A stretch of DNA of 64,000 nucleotides from Auanema rhodensis. Taxonomy: Eukaryota; Animalia; Nematoda. Each line of letters opens with the position of its first letter. The stretch's first letter is position 1. Under the pieces are notes generated by a model. That model saw nothing but the letters and a program-made list of their open reading frames with translations. It was not told the origin of the DNA and ran no database searches. Of this stretch, positions 1 to 12,800 are shown in pieces. Both the position numbers and the translations under genes were made by a program. Location of the stretch: positions 186,001 to 250,000 of the forward strand of contig OZ059895.1 in the NCBI GenBank assembly GCA_964057225.1, in the 5' to 3' direction.

Positions 1-28
1 AGCTTAAAAATGCACCGCGATATCAACT

Positions 29-50
29 GATATAAGTTCACACTTATATC
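29..50. other. Perfect inverted repeat in each monomer: GATATAAGT-tcac-ACTTATATC (9-bp stem, 4-nt loop)
   Basis: 29-37 is the reverse complement of 42-50. Nearly invariant across copies; exceptions seen at 15494 (adjacent base) and 36532. Confidence 0.9.
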
Positions 51-127
51 CTCGTTTTTCACCCTGAAGGAATAATTTTTTCGTTGAATAACATTGTCCA
101 TCGTCTTTGCCTTGAAAAATGGAATTC

Positions 128-193
128 AAAAACATCTACTTTTTGCTAAATTATTTTGAAATTTTTCGAAAAAATTTTTGTCAAAATGTTTTT
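128..193. other. A/T-tract-rich imperfect palindrome containing TTTTTCGAAAAA (in each monomer)
   Basis: 162-173 is a perfect 12-bp palindrome. ATTTTGA (153-159) pairs with TCAAAAT (181-187), and AAAAACAT (128-135) pairs with ATGTTTTT (186-193). Confidence 0.85.
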
Positions 194-201
194 GGAAGCA
201 T

Positions 202-227
202 TGTTGAGTGTACATGGAAACTCAACA
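202..227. other. Inverted repeat TGTTGAGT-N10-ACTCAACA in each monomer
   Basis: 202-209 is the reverse complement of 220-227. The stem is 9 bp in copies with A at position 201. Confidence 0.88.
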
Positions 228-1053
228 TACACTAATGCATCATTTTTCAAACGATTATAACTAATTTTTGTATTAAGCGTTTCTCAATGTAGTATAGTGC
301 ATTCGATGCGGATTTTTAAGCTGCGTCGATCTGTGTTATCAGATTTGCGCTAGCTTAAAAATGCACCGAGATATCAACTGATATAAGTTCACACTTATAT
401 CCTCGATTTTCACCCTGAAGAATTAATTTTTTCGTTGAATAACATTGTCCATCGTCTTTGCCATGAAAAAAGGAATCTAAAAACATCTACTTTTTGCTAA
501 ATTATTTTGAAATTTTTCCAAAAAATTTTTGTCAAAATGTTTTTGGAAGCAATGTTGAGTGTACATGGAAACTCAACATACACTAATGCATCATTTTTCA
601 AACGATCATAACTAATTTTTGTATCAAGCGTTTCTCAATGTAGTTTAGTGCATTCGATGCGGATTTTTAAGCTGCGTCGATCTGTGTTATCAGATTTGCG
701 CTAGCTTAAAAATGCACCGAGATATCAACTGATATAAGTTCACACTTATATCCTCGATTTTCACCCTGAAGGAATAATTTTTTCGTTGAATAACATTGTC
801 CATCGTCTTTGCCTTGAAAAGTGGAATCTAAAAACATCTACTTTTTGCTAAATTATTTTGAAATTTTTCGAAAAAATTTTTGTCAAAATGTTTTTGGAAG
901 CATTGTTGAGTGTACATGGAAACTCAACATACACTAATGCATCATTTTTCAAGAAATCATAACTAATTTTTGTATTAAGCGTTTCTCAATGTAGTATAGT
1001 GCATTCGATGCGGATTTTTAAGCTACGTCGATCTGTGTTATCAGATTTGCGCT

Positions 1054-3159
1054 AGTTTAAAAATGCACCGAGATATCAACTGATATAAGTTCACACTTAT
1101 ATCCTCGATTTTCACCCTGAAGAATTAATTTTTTCGTTGAATAACATTGTCCATCGTCTTTGCCATGAAAAAAGGAATCTAAAAACATCTACTTTTTGCT
1201 AAATTATTTTGAAATTTTTCGAAAAAATTTTTGTCAAAATGTTTTTGGAAGCATTGTTGAGTGTACATGGAAACTCAACATACACTAATGCATCATTTTT
1301 CAAACGATCATAACTTATTTTTGTATTAAGCGTTTCTCAATGTAGTATAGTGCATTCGATGCGGATTTTTAAGCTGCGTCGATCTGTGTTATCAGATTTG
1401 CGCTAGCTTAAAAATGCACCGCGATATCAACTGATATAAGTTCACACTTATATCCTCGATTTTCACCCTGAAGGAATAATTTTTTCGTTGAATAACATTG
1501 TCCATCGTCTTTGCCTTGAAAAATGGAATCTAAAAACATCTACTTTTTGCTAAATTATTTTGAAATTTTTCGAAAAAATTTTTGTCAAAATGTTTTTGGA
1601 AGCAATGTTGAGTGTACATGGAAACTCAACATACACTAATGCATCATTTTTCAAACGATCATAACTAATTTTTGTATTAAGCGTTTCTCAATGTAGTATA
1701 GTGCATTCGATGCGGATTTTTAAGCTGCGTCGATCTGTGTTATCAGATTTGCGCTAACTTAAAAATGCACCGAGATATCAACTGATATAAGTTCACACTT
1801 ATATCCTCGATTTTCACCCTGAAGAATTAATTTTTTCGTTGAATAACATTGTCCATCGTCTTTGCCATGAAAAAAGGAATCTAAAAACATCTACTTTTTG
1901 CTAAATTATTTTGAAATTTTTCGAAAAAATTTTTGTCAAAATGTTTTTGGAAGCATTGTTGAGTGTACATGGAAACTCAACATACACTAATGCATCATTT
2001 TTCAAACGATCATAACTTATTTTTGTATTAAGCGTTTCTCAATGTAGTATAGTGCATTCGATGCGGATTTTTAAGCTGCGTCGATCTGTGTTATCAGATT
2101 TGCGCTAGCTTAAAAATGCACCGCGATATCAACTGATATAAGTTCACACTTATATCCTCGATTTTCACCCTGAAGGAATAATTTTTTCGTTGAATAACAT
2201 TGTCCATCGTCTTTGCCTTGAAAAATGGAATCTAAAAACATCTACTTTTTGCTAAATTATTTTGAAATTTTTCGAAAAAATTTTTGTCAAAATGTTTTTG
2301 GAAGCAATGTTGAGTGTACATGGAAACTCAACATACACTAATGCATCATTTTTCAAACGATCATAACTAATTTTTGTATTAAGCGTTTCTCAATGTAGTA
2401 TAGTGCATTCGATGCGGATTTTTAAGCTGCGTCGATCTGTGTTATCAGATTTGCGCTAACTTAAAAATGCACCGAGATATCAACTGATATAAGTTCACAC
2501 TTATATCCTCGATTTTCACCCTGAAGAATTAATTTTTTCGTTGAATAACATTGTCCATCGTCTTTGCCATGAAAAAAGGAATCTAAAAACATCTACTTTT
2601 TGCTAAATTATTTTGAAATTTTTCCAAAAAATTTTTGTCAAAATGTTTTTGGAAGCATTGTTGAGTGTACATGGAAACTCAACATACACTAATGCATCAT
2701 TTTTCAAACGATCATAACTAATTTTTGTATTAAGCGTTTCTCAATGTAGTATAGTGCATTCGATGCGGATTTTTAAGCTGCGTCGATCTGTGTTATCAGA
2801 TTTGCGCTAGCTTAAAAATGCACCGCGATATCAACTGATATAAGTTCACACTTATATCCTCGATTTTCACCCTGAAGGAATAATTTTTTCGTTGAATAAC
2901 ATTGTCCATCGTCTTTGCCTTGAAAAATGGAATCTAAAAACATCTACTTTTTGCTAAATTATTTTGAAATTTTTCGAAAAAATTTTTGTCAAAATGTTTT
3001 TGGAAGCAATGTTGAGTGTACATGGAAACTCAACATACACTAATGCATCATTTTTCAAACGATCATAACTAATTTTTGTATTAAGCGTTTCTCAATGTAG
3101 TATAGTGCATTCGATGCGGATTTTTAAGCTGCGTCGATCTGTGTTATCAGATTTGCGCT
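1054..3159. repeat. Local 2-monomer higher-order repeat (702 bp, ~3 copies, M4-M9)
   Basis: A GAATTAA/CCATG-type monomer alternates with a CCGCGA/GCAATG-type monomer. Confidence 0.85.
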
Positions 3160-6100
3160 AACTTAAAAATGCACCGAGATATCAACTGATATAAGTTCAC
3201 ACTTATATCCTCGATTTTCACCCTGAAGGAATAATTTTTTCGTTGAATAACATTGTCCATCGTCTTTGCCTTGAAAAAAGGAATCTAAAAACATCTACTT
3301 TTTGCTAAATTATTTTGAAATTTTTCGAAAAAATTTTTGTCAAAATGTTTTTGGAAGCAATGTTGAGTGTACATGGAAACTCAACATACACTAATGCATC
3401 ATTTTTCAAACGATCATAACTAATTTTTGTATTAAGCGTTTCTCAATGTAGTTTAGTGCATTCGATGCGGATTTTTAAGCTGCGTCGATCTGTGTTATCA
3501 GATTTGCGCTAGCTTAAAAATGCACCGAGATATCAACTGATATAAGTTCACACTTATATCCTCGATTTTCACCCTGAAGGAATAATTTTTTCGTTGAATA
3601 ACATTGTCCATCGTCTTTGCCTTGAAAAATGGAATCTAAAAACATCTACTTTTTGCTAAATTATTTTGAAATTTTTCGAAAAACTTTTTGTCAAAATGTT
3701 TTTGGAAGCATTGTTGAGTGTACATGGAAACTCAACATACACTAATGCATCATTTTTCAAACGATCATAACTAATTTTTGTATTAAGCGTTTCTCAATGT
3801 AGTATAGTGCATTCGATGCGGATTTTAAAGCTGCGTCGATCTGTGTTATCAGATTTGCGCTAGTTCATAAATGCACCGAGATATCAACTGATATAAGTTC
3901 ACACTTATATCCTCGATTTTCACCCTGAAGGAATAATTTTTTCGTTGAATAACATTGTCCATCGTCTTTGCCTTGAAAAATGGAATCTAAAAACATCTAC
4001 TTTTTGCTAAATTATTTTGAAATTTTTCGAAAAAATTTTTGTCAAAATGTTTTTGGAAGCAATGTTGAGTGTACATGGAAACTCAACATACACTAATGCA
4101 TCATTTTTCAAACGATCATAACTAACTTTTGTATCAAGCGTTTCTCAATGTAGTGTAGTGCATTCGATGCGGATTTTTAAGCTGCGTCGATCTGTGTTAT
4201 CAGATTTGCGCTAGCTTAAAAATGCACCGAGATATCAACTGATATAAGTTCACACTTATATCCTCGATTTTCACCCTGAAGAATTAATTTTTTCGTTGAA
4301 TAACATTGTCCATCGTCTTTGCCTTGAAAAAAGGAATCTAAAAACATCTACTTTTTGCTAAATTATTTTGAAATTTTTCGAAAAAATTTTTGTCAAAATG
4401 TTTTTGGAAGCAATGTTGAGTGTACATGGAAACTCAACATACACTAATGCATCATTTTTCAAACGATCATAACTAATTTTTGTATTAAGCGTTTCTCAAT
4501 GTAGTATAGTGCATTCGATGCGGATTTTTAAGCTGCGTCGATCTGTGTTATCAGATTTGCGCTAGCTTAAAAATGCACCGAGATATCAACTGATATAAGT
4601 TCACACTTATATCCTCGATTTTCACCCTGAAGGAATAATTTTTTCGTTGAATAACATTGTCCATCGTCTTTGCCTTGAAAAAAGGAATCTAAAAACATCT
4701 ACTTTTTGCTAAATTATTTTGAAATTTTTCGAAAAAATTTTTGTCAAAATGTTTTTGGAAGCAATGTTGAGTGTACATGGAAACTCAACATACACTAATG
4801 CATCATTTTTCAAACGATCATAACTAATTTTTGTATTAAGCGTTTCTCAATGTAGTATAGTGCATTCGATGCGGATTTTTAAGCTGCGTCGATCTGTGTT
4901 ATCAGATTTGCGCTAGCTTAAAAATGCACCGAGATATCAACTGATATAAGTTCACACTTATATCCTCGATTTTCACCCTGAAGAATTAATTTTTTCGTTG
5001 AATAACATTGTCCATCGTCTTTGCCATGAAAAAAGGAATCTAAAAACATCTACTTTTTGCTAAATTATTTTGAAATTTTTCCAAAAAATTTTTGTCAAAA
5101 TGTTTTTGGAAGCATTGTTGAGTGTACATGGAAACTCAACATACACTAATGCATCATTTTTCAAACGATCATAACTAATTTTTGTATTAAGCGTTTCTCA
5201 ATGTAGTATAGTGCATTCGATGCGGATTTTTAAGCTGCGTCGATCTGTGTTATCAGATTTGCGCTAGCTTAAAAATGCACCGCGATATCAACTGATATAA
5301 GTTCACACTTATATCCTCGTTTTTCACCCTGAAGGAATAATTTTTTCGTTGAATAACATTGTCCATCGTCTTTGCCTTGAAAAATGGAATTCAAAAACAT
5401 CTACTTTTTGCTAAATTATTTTGAAATTTTTCGAAAAAATTTTTGTCAAAATGTTTTTGGAAGCATTGTTGAGTGTACATGGAAACTCAACATACACTAA
5501 TGCATCATTTTTCAAACGATTATAACTAATTTTTGTATTAAGCGTTTCTCAATGTAGTATAGTGCATTCGATGCGGATTTTTAAGCTGCGTCGATCTGTG
5601 TTATCAGATTTGCGCTAGCTTAAAAATGCACCGAGATATCAACTGATATAAGTTCACACTTATATCCTCGATTTTCACCCTGAAGGAATAATTTTTTCGT
5701 TGAATAACATTGTCCATCGTCTTTGCCTTGAAAAAAGGAATCTAAAAACATCTACTTTTTGCTAAATTATTTTGAAATTTTTCGAAAAAATTTTTGTCAA
5801 AATGTTTTTGGAAGCATTGTTGAGTGTACATGGAAACTCAACATACACTAATGCATCATTTTTCAAACGATTATAACTAATTTTTGTATTAAGCGTTTCT
5901 CAATGTAGTATAGTGCATTCGATGCGGATTTTTAAGCTGCGTCGATCTGTGTTATCAGATTTGCGCTAGCTTAAAAATGCACCGAGATATCAACTGATAT
6001 AAGTTCACACTTATATCCTCGATTTTCACCCTGAAGAATTAATTTTTTCGTTGAATAACATTGTCCATCGTCTTTGCCATGAAAAAAGGAATCTAAAAAC

Positions 6101-9100
6101 ATCTACTTTTTGCTAAATTAATTTGAAATTTTTCCAAAAAATTTTTGTCAAAATGTTTTTGGAAGCATTGTTGAGTGTACATGGAAACTCAACATACACT
6201 AATGCATCATTTTTCAAACGATCATAACTAATTTTTGTATTAAGCGTTTCTCAATGTAGTATAGTGCATTCGATGCGGATTTTTAAGCTGCGTCGATCTG
6301 TGTTATCAGATTTGCGCTAGCTTAAAAATGCACCGCGATATCAACTGATATAAGTTCACACTTATATCCTCGTTTTTCACCCTGAAGGAATAATTTTTTC
6401 GTTGAATAACATTGTCCATCGTCTTTGCCTTGAAAAATGGAATTCAAAAACATCTACTTTTTGCTAAATTATTTTGAAATTTTTCGAAAAAATTTTTGTC
6501 AAAATGTTTTTGGAAGCATTGTTGAGTGTACATGGAAACTCAACATACACTAATGCATCATTTTTCAAACGATTATAACTAATTTTTGTATTAAGCGTTT
6601 CTCAATGTAGTATAGTGCATTCGATGCGGATTTTTAAGCTGCGTCGATCTGTGTTATCAGATTTGCGCTAGCTTAAAAATGCACCGAGATATCAACTGAT
6701 ATAAGTTCACACTTATATCCTCGATTTTCACCCTGAAGAATTAATTTTTTCGTTGAATAACATTGTCCATCGTCTTTGCCATGAAAAAAGGAATCTAAAA
6801 ACATCTACTTTTTGCTAAATTATTTTGAAATTTTTCCAAAAAATTTTTGTCAAAATGTTTTTGGAAGCAATGTTGAGTGTACATGGAAACTCAACATACA
6901 CTAATGCATCATTTTTCAAACGATCATAACTAATTTTTGTATCAAGCGTTTCTCAATGTAGTTTAGTGCATTCGATGCGGATTTTTAAGCTGCGTCGATC
7001 TGTGTTATCAGATTTGCGCTAGCTTAAAAATGCACCGAGATATCAACTGATATAAGTTCACACTTATATCCTCGATTTTCACCCTGAAGGAATAATTTTT
7101 TTGTTGAATAACATTGTCCATCGTCTTTGCCTTGAAAAATGGAATCTAAAAACATCTACTTTTTGCTAAATTATTTTGAAATTTTTCGAAAAAATTTTTG
7201 TCAAAATGTTTTTGGAAGCATTGTTGAGTGTACATGGAAACTCAACATACACTAATGCATCATTTTTCAAGAAATCATAACTAATTTTTGTATTAAGCGT
7301 TTCTCAATGTAGTATAGTGCATTCGATGCGGATTTTTAAGCTACGTCGATCTGTGTTATCAGATTTGCGCTAGTTTAAAAATGCACCGAGATATCAACTG
7401 ATATAAGTTCACACTTATATCCTCGATTTTCACCCTGAAGAATTAATTTTTTCGTTGAATAACATTGTCCATCGTCTTTGCCATGAAAAAAGGAATCTAA
7501 AAAAATCTACTTTTTGCTAAATTATTTTGAAATTTTTCGAAAAAATTTTTGTCAAAATGTTTTTGGAAGCAATGTTGAGTGTACATGGAAACTCAACATA
7601 CACTAATGCATCATTTTTCAAACGATCATAACTAATTTTTGTATTAAGCGTTTCTCAATGTAGTATAGTGCATTCGATGCGGATTTTTAAGCTGCGTCGA
7701 TCTGTGTTATCAGATTTGCGCTAACTTAAAAATGCACCGAGATATCAACTGATATAAGTTCACACTTATATCCTCGATTTTCACCCTGAAGAATTAATTT
7801 TTTCGTTGAATAACATTGTCCATCGTCTTTGCCATGAAAAAAGGAATCTAAAAACATCTACTTTTTGCTAAATTATTTTGAAATTTTTCGAAAAAATTTT
7901 TGTCAAAATGTTTTTGGAAGCATTGTTGAGTGTACATGGAAACTCAACATACACTAATGCATCATTTTTCAAGGGATCATAACTAATTTTTGTATTAAGC
8001 GTTTCTCAATGAAGTATAGTGCATTCGATGCGGATTTTTAAGCTGCGTCGATCTGTGTTATCAGATTTGCGCTAGCTTAAAAGTGCACCGAGATATCAAC
8101 TGATATAAGTTCACACTTATATCCTTGATTTTCACTCTGAAGAATTAATTTTTTCGTTGAATAACATTGTCCATCGTCTTTGCCTTGAAAAATGGAATCT
8201 AAAAACATCTACTTTTTGCTAAATTATTTTGAAATTTTTCGAAAAAATTTTTGTCAAAATGTTTTTGGAAGCATTGTTGAGTGTACATGGAAACTCAACA
8301 TACACTAATGCATCATTTTTCAAGGGATCATAACTAATTTTTGTATTAAGCGTTTCTCAATGTAGTATAGTGCATTCGATGCGGATTTTTAAGCTACGTC
8401 GATCTGTGTTATCAGATTTGCGCTAGTTTAAAAATGCACCGAGATATCAACTGATATAAGTTCACACTTATATCCTCGATTTTCACCCTGAAGAATTAAT
8501 TTTTTCGTTGAATAACATTGTCCATCGTCTTTGCCATGAAAAAAGGAATCTAAAAACATCTACTTTTTGCTAAATTATTTTGAAATTTTTCGAAAAAATT
8601 TTTGTCAAAATGTTTTTGGAAGCATTGTTGAGTGTACATGGAAACTCAACATACACTAATGCATCATTTTTCAAACGATCATAACTTATTTTTGTATTAA
8701 GCGTTTCTCAATGTAGTATAGTGCATTCGATGCGGATTTTTAAGCTGCGTCGATCTGTGTTATTAGATTTGCGCTAGCTTAAAAATGCACCGCGATATCA
8801 ACTGATATAAGTTCACACTTATATCCTCGATTTTCACCCTGAAGGAATAATTTTTTCGTTGAATAACATTGTCCATCGTCTTTGCCTTGAAAAATGGAAT
8901 CTAAAAACATCTACTTTTTGCTAAATTATTTTGAAATTTTTCGAAAAAATTTTTGTCAAAATGTTTTTGGAAGCAATGTTGAGTGTACATGGAAACTCAA
9001 CATACACTAATGCATCATTTTTCAAACGATCATAACTAATTTTTGTATTAAGCGTTTCTCAATGTAGTATAGTGCATTCGATGCGGATTTTTAAGCTGCG

Positions 9101-9828
9101 TCGATCTGTGTTATCAGATTTGCGCTAACTTAAAAATGCACCGAGATATCAACTGATATAAGTTCACACTTATATCCTCGATTTTCACCCTGAATGAATA
9201 ATTTTTTCGTTGAATAACATTGTCCATCGTCTTTGCCTTGAAAAAAGGAATCTAAAAACATCTACTTTTTGCTAAATTATTTTGAAATTTTTCGAAAAAA
9301 TTTTTGTCAAAATGTTTTTGGAAGCAATGTTGAGTGTACATGGAAACTCAACATACACTAATGCATCATTTTTCAAACGATCATAACTAATTTTTGTATT
9401 AAGCGTTTCTCAATGTAGTTTAGTGCATTCGATGCGGATTTTTAAGCTGCGTCGATCTGTGTTATCAGATTTGCGCTAGCTTAAAAATGCACCGAGATAT
9501 CAACTGATATAAGTTCACACTTATATCCTCGATTTTCACCCTGAAGGAATAATTTTTTCGTTGAATAACATTGTCCATCGTCTTTGCCTTGAAAAATGGA
9601 ATCTAAAAACATCTACTTTTTGCTAAATTATTTTGAAATTTTTCGAAAAAATTTTTGTCAAAATGTTTTTGGAAGCATTGTTGAGTGTACATGGAAACTC
9701 AACATACACTAATGCATCATTTTTCAAACGATCATAACTAATTTTTGTATCAAGCGTTTCTCAATGTAGTTTAGTGCATTCGATGCGGATTTTTAAGCTG
9801 CGTCGATCTGTGTTATCAGATTTGCGCT

Positions 9829-12800
9829 AGCTTAAAAATGCACCGCGATATCAACTGATATAAGTTCACACTTATATCCTCGATTTTCACCCTGAAGGAA
9901 TAATTTTTTCGTTGAATAACATTGTCCATCGTCTTTGCCTTAAAAAATGGAATCTAAAAACATCTACTTTTTGCTAAATTATTTTGAAATTTTTCGAAAA
10001 AATTTTTGTCAAAATGTTTTTGGAAGCAATGTTGAGTGTACATGGAAACTCAACATACACTAATGCATCATTTTTCAAACGATCATAACTAACTTTTGTA
10101 TCAAGCGTTTCTCAATGTAGTGTAGTGCATTCGATGCGGATTTTTAAGCTGCGTCGATCTGTGTTATCAGATTTGCGCTAGCTTAAAAATGCACCGAGAT
10201 ATCAACTGATATAAGTTCACACTTATATCCTCGATTTTCACCCTGAAGAATTAATTTTTTCGTTGAATAACATTGTCCATCGTCTTTGCCTTGAAAAAAG
10301 GAATCTAAAAACATCTACTTTTTGCTAAATTATTTTGAAATTTTTCGAAAAAATTTTTGTCAAAATGTTTTTGGAAGCAATGTTGAGTGTACATGGAAAC
10401 TCAACATACACTAATGCATCATTTTTCAAACGATCATAACTAATTTTTGTATTAAGCGTTTCTCAATGTAGTATAGTGCATTCGATGCGGATTTTTAAGC
10501 TGCGTCGATCTGTGTTATCAGATTTGCGCTAGCTTAAAAATGCACCGAGATATCAACTGATATAAGTTCACACTTATATCCTCGATTTTCACCCTGAAGG
10601 AATAATTTTTTCGTTGAATAACATTGTCCATCGTCTTTGCCTTGAAAAAAGGAATCTAAAAACATCTACTTTTTGCTAAATTATTTTGAAATTTTTCGAA
10701 AAAATTTTTGTCAAAATGTTTTTGGAAGCAATGTTGAGTGTACATGGAAACTCAACATACACTAATGCATCATTTTTCAAACGATCATAACTAATTTTTG
10801 TATTAAGCGTTTCTTAAAGTAGTATAGTGCATTCGATGCGGATTTTTAAGCTGCGTCGATCTGTGTTATCAGATTTGCGCTAGCTTAAAAATGCACCGAG
10901 ATATCAACTGATATAAGTTCACACTTATATCCTCGATTTTCACCCTGAAGGAATAATTTTTTCGTTGAATAACATTGTCCATCGTCTTTGCCTTGAAAAA
11001 AGGAATCTAAAAACATCTACTTTTTGCTAAATTATTTTGAAATTTTTCGAAAAAATTTTTGTCAAAATGTTTTTGGAAGCAATGTTGAGTGTACATGGAA
11101 ACTCAACATACACTAATGCATCATTTTTCAAACGATCATAACTAATTTTTGTATTAAGCGTTTCTCAATGTAGTATAGTGCATTCGATGCGGATTTTTAA
11201 GCTGCGTCGATCTGTGTTATCAGATTTGCGCTAGCTTAAAAATGCACCGAGATATCAACTGATATAAGTTCACACTTATATCCTCGATTTTCACCCTGAA
11301 GGAATAATTTTTTCGTTGAATAACATTGTCCATCGTCTTTGCCTTGAAAAAAGGAATCTAAAAACATCTACTTTTTGCTAAATTATTTTGAAATTTTTCG
11401 AAAAAATTTTTGTCAAAATGTTTTTGGAAGCAATGTTGAGTGTACATGGAAACTCAACATACACTAATGCATCATTTTTCAAACGATCATAACTAATTTT
11501 TGTATTAAGCGTTTCTCAATGTAGTATAGTGCATTCGATGCGGATTTTTAAGCTGCGTCGATCTGTGTTATCAGATTTGCGCTAGCTTAAAAATGCACCG
11601 AGATATCAACTGATATAAGTTCACACTTATATCCTCGATTTTCACCCTGAAGGAATAATTTTTTCGTTGAATAACATTGTCCATCGTCTTTGCCTTGAAA
11701 AATGGAATCTAAAAACATCTACTTTTTGCTAAATTATTCTGAAATTTTTCGAAAAAATTTTTGTCAAAATGTTTTTGGAAGCATTGTTGAGTGTACATGG
11801 AAACTCAACATACACTAATGCATCATTTTTCAAACGATCATAACTAATTTTTGTATCAAGCGTTTCTCAATGTAGTTTAGTGCATTCGATGCGGATTTTT
11901 AAGCTGCGTCGATCTGTGTTATCAGATTTGCGCTAGCTTAAAAATGCACCGCGATATCAACTGATATAAGTTCACACTTATATCCTCGATTTTCACCCTG
12001 AAGGAATAATTTTTTCGTTGAATAACATTGTCCATCGTCTTTGCCTTAAAAAATGGAATCTAAAAACATCTACTTTTTGCTAAATTATTTTGAAATTTTT
12101 CGAAAAAATTTTTGTCAAAATGTTTTTGGAAGCAATGTTGAGTGTACATGGAAACTCAACATACACTAATGCATCATTTTTCAAACGATCATAACTAACT
12201 TTTGTATCAAGCGTTTCTCAATGTAGTGTAGTGCATTCGATGCGGATTTTTAAGCTGCATCGATCTGTGTTATCAGATTTGCGCTAGCTTAAAAATGCAC
12301 CGAGATATCAACTGATATAAGTTCACACTTATATCCTCGATTTTCACCCTGAAGAATTAATTTTTTCGTTGAATAACATTGTCCATCGTCTTTGCCTTGA
12401 AAAAAGGAATCTAAAAACATCTACTTTTTGCTAAATTATTTTGAAATTTTTCGAAAAAATTTTTGTCAAAATGTTTTTGGAAGCAATGTTGAGTGTACAT
12501 GGAAACTCAACATACACTAATGCATCATTTTTCAAACGATCATAACTAATTTTTGTATTAAGCGTTTCTCAATGTAGTATAGTGCATTCGATGCGGATTT
12601 TTAAGCTGCGTCGATCTGTGTTATCAGATTTGCGCTAGCTTAAAAATGCACCGAGATATCAACTGATATAAGTTCACACTTATATCCTCGATTTTCACCC
12701 TGAAGGAATAATTTTTTCGTTGAATAACATTGTCCATCGTCTTTGCCTTGAAAAAAGGAATCTAAAAACATCTACTTTTTGCTAAATTATTTTGAAATTT

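Larger units (their letters stand above)
1..351. repeat. Representative monomer (M1); phase is arbitrary, set by the window start
   Basis: Positions 1-351 align without gaps to 352-702 with only a few substitutions. About 111/351 G+C in the consensus, with many A/T tracts. Confidence 0.98.

Noticed and set aside
301-317. CENP-B-box-like motif (ATTCGATGCGGA)
   Set aside because: It has TTCG and CGG, but the spacing and ending do not fit NTTCGNNNNANNCGGGN.
1-351. Tandem 5S rRNA, tRNA, snRNA or spliced-leader gene unit
   Set aside because: The unit size is compatible, but I recognise no 5S sequence, cloverleaf, convincing Pol III A/B/C boxes or SL motif. An Infernal/Rfam search would be the definitive test.
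1-351. Monomer as an ancient dimer of ~175 bp
   Set aside because: I could not align the two halves by eye. Only short AT-rich words are shared, at inconsistent offsets.
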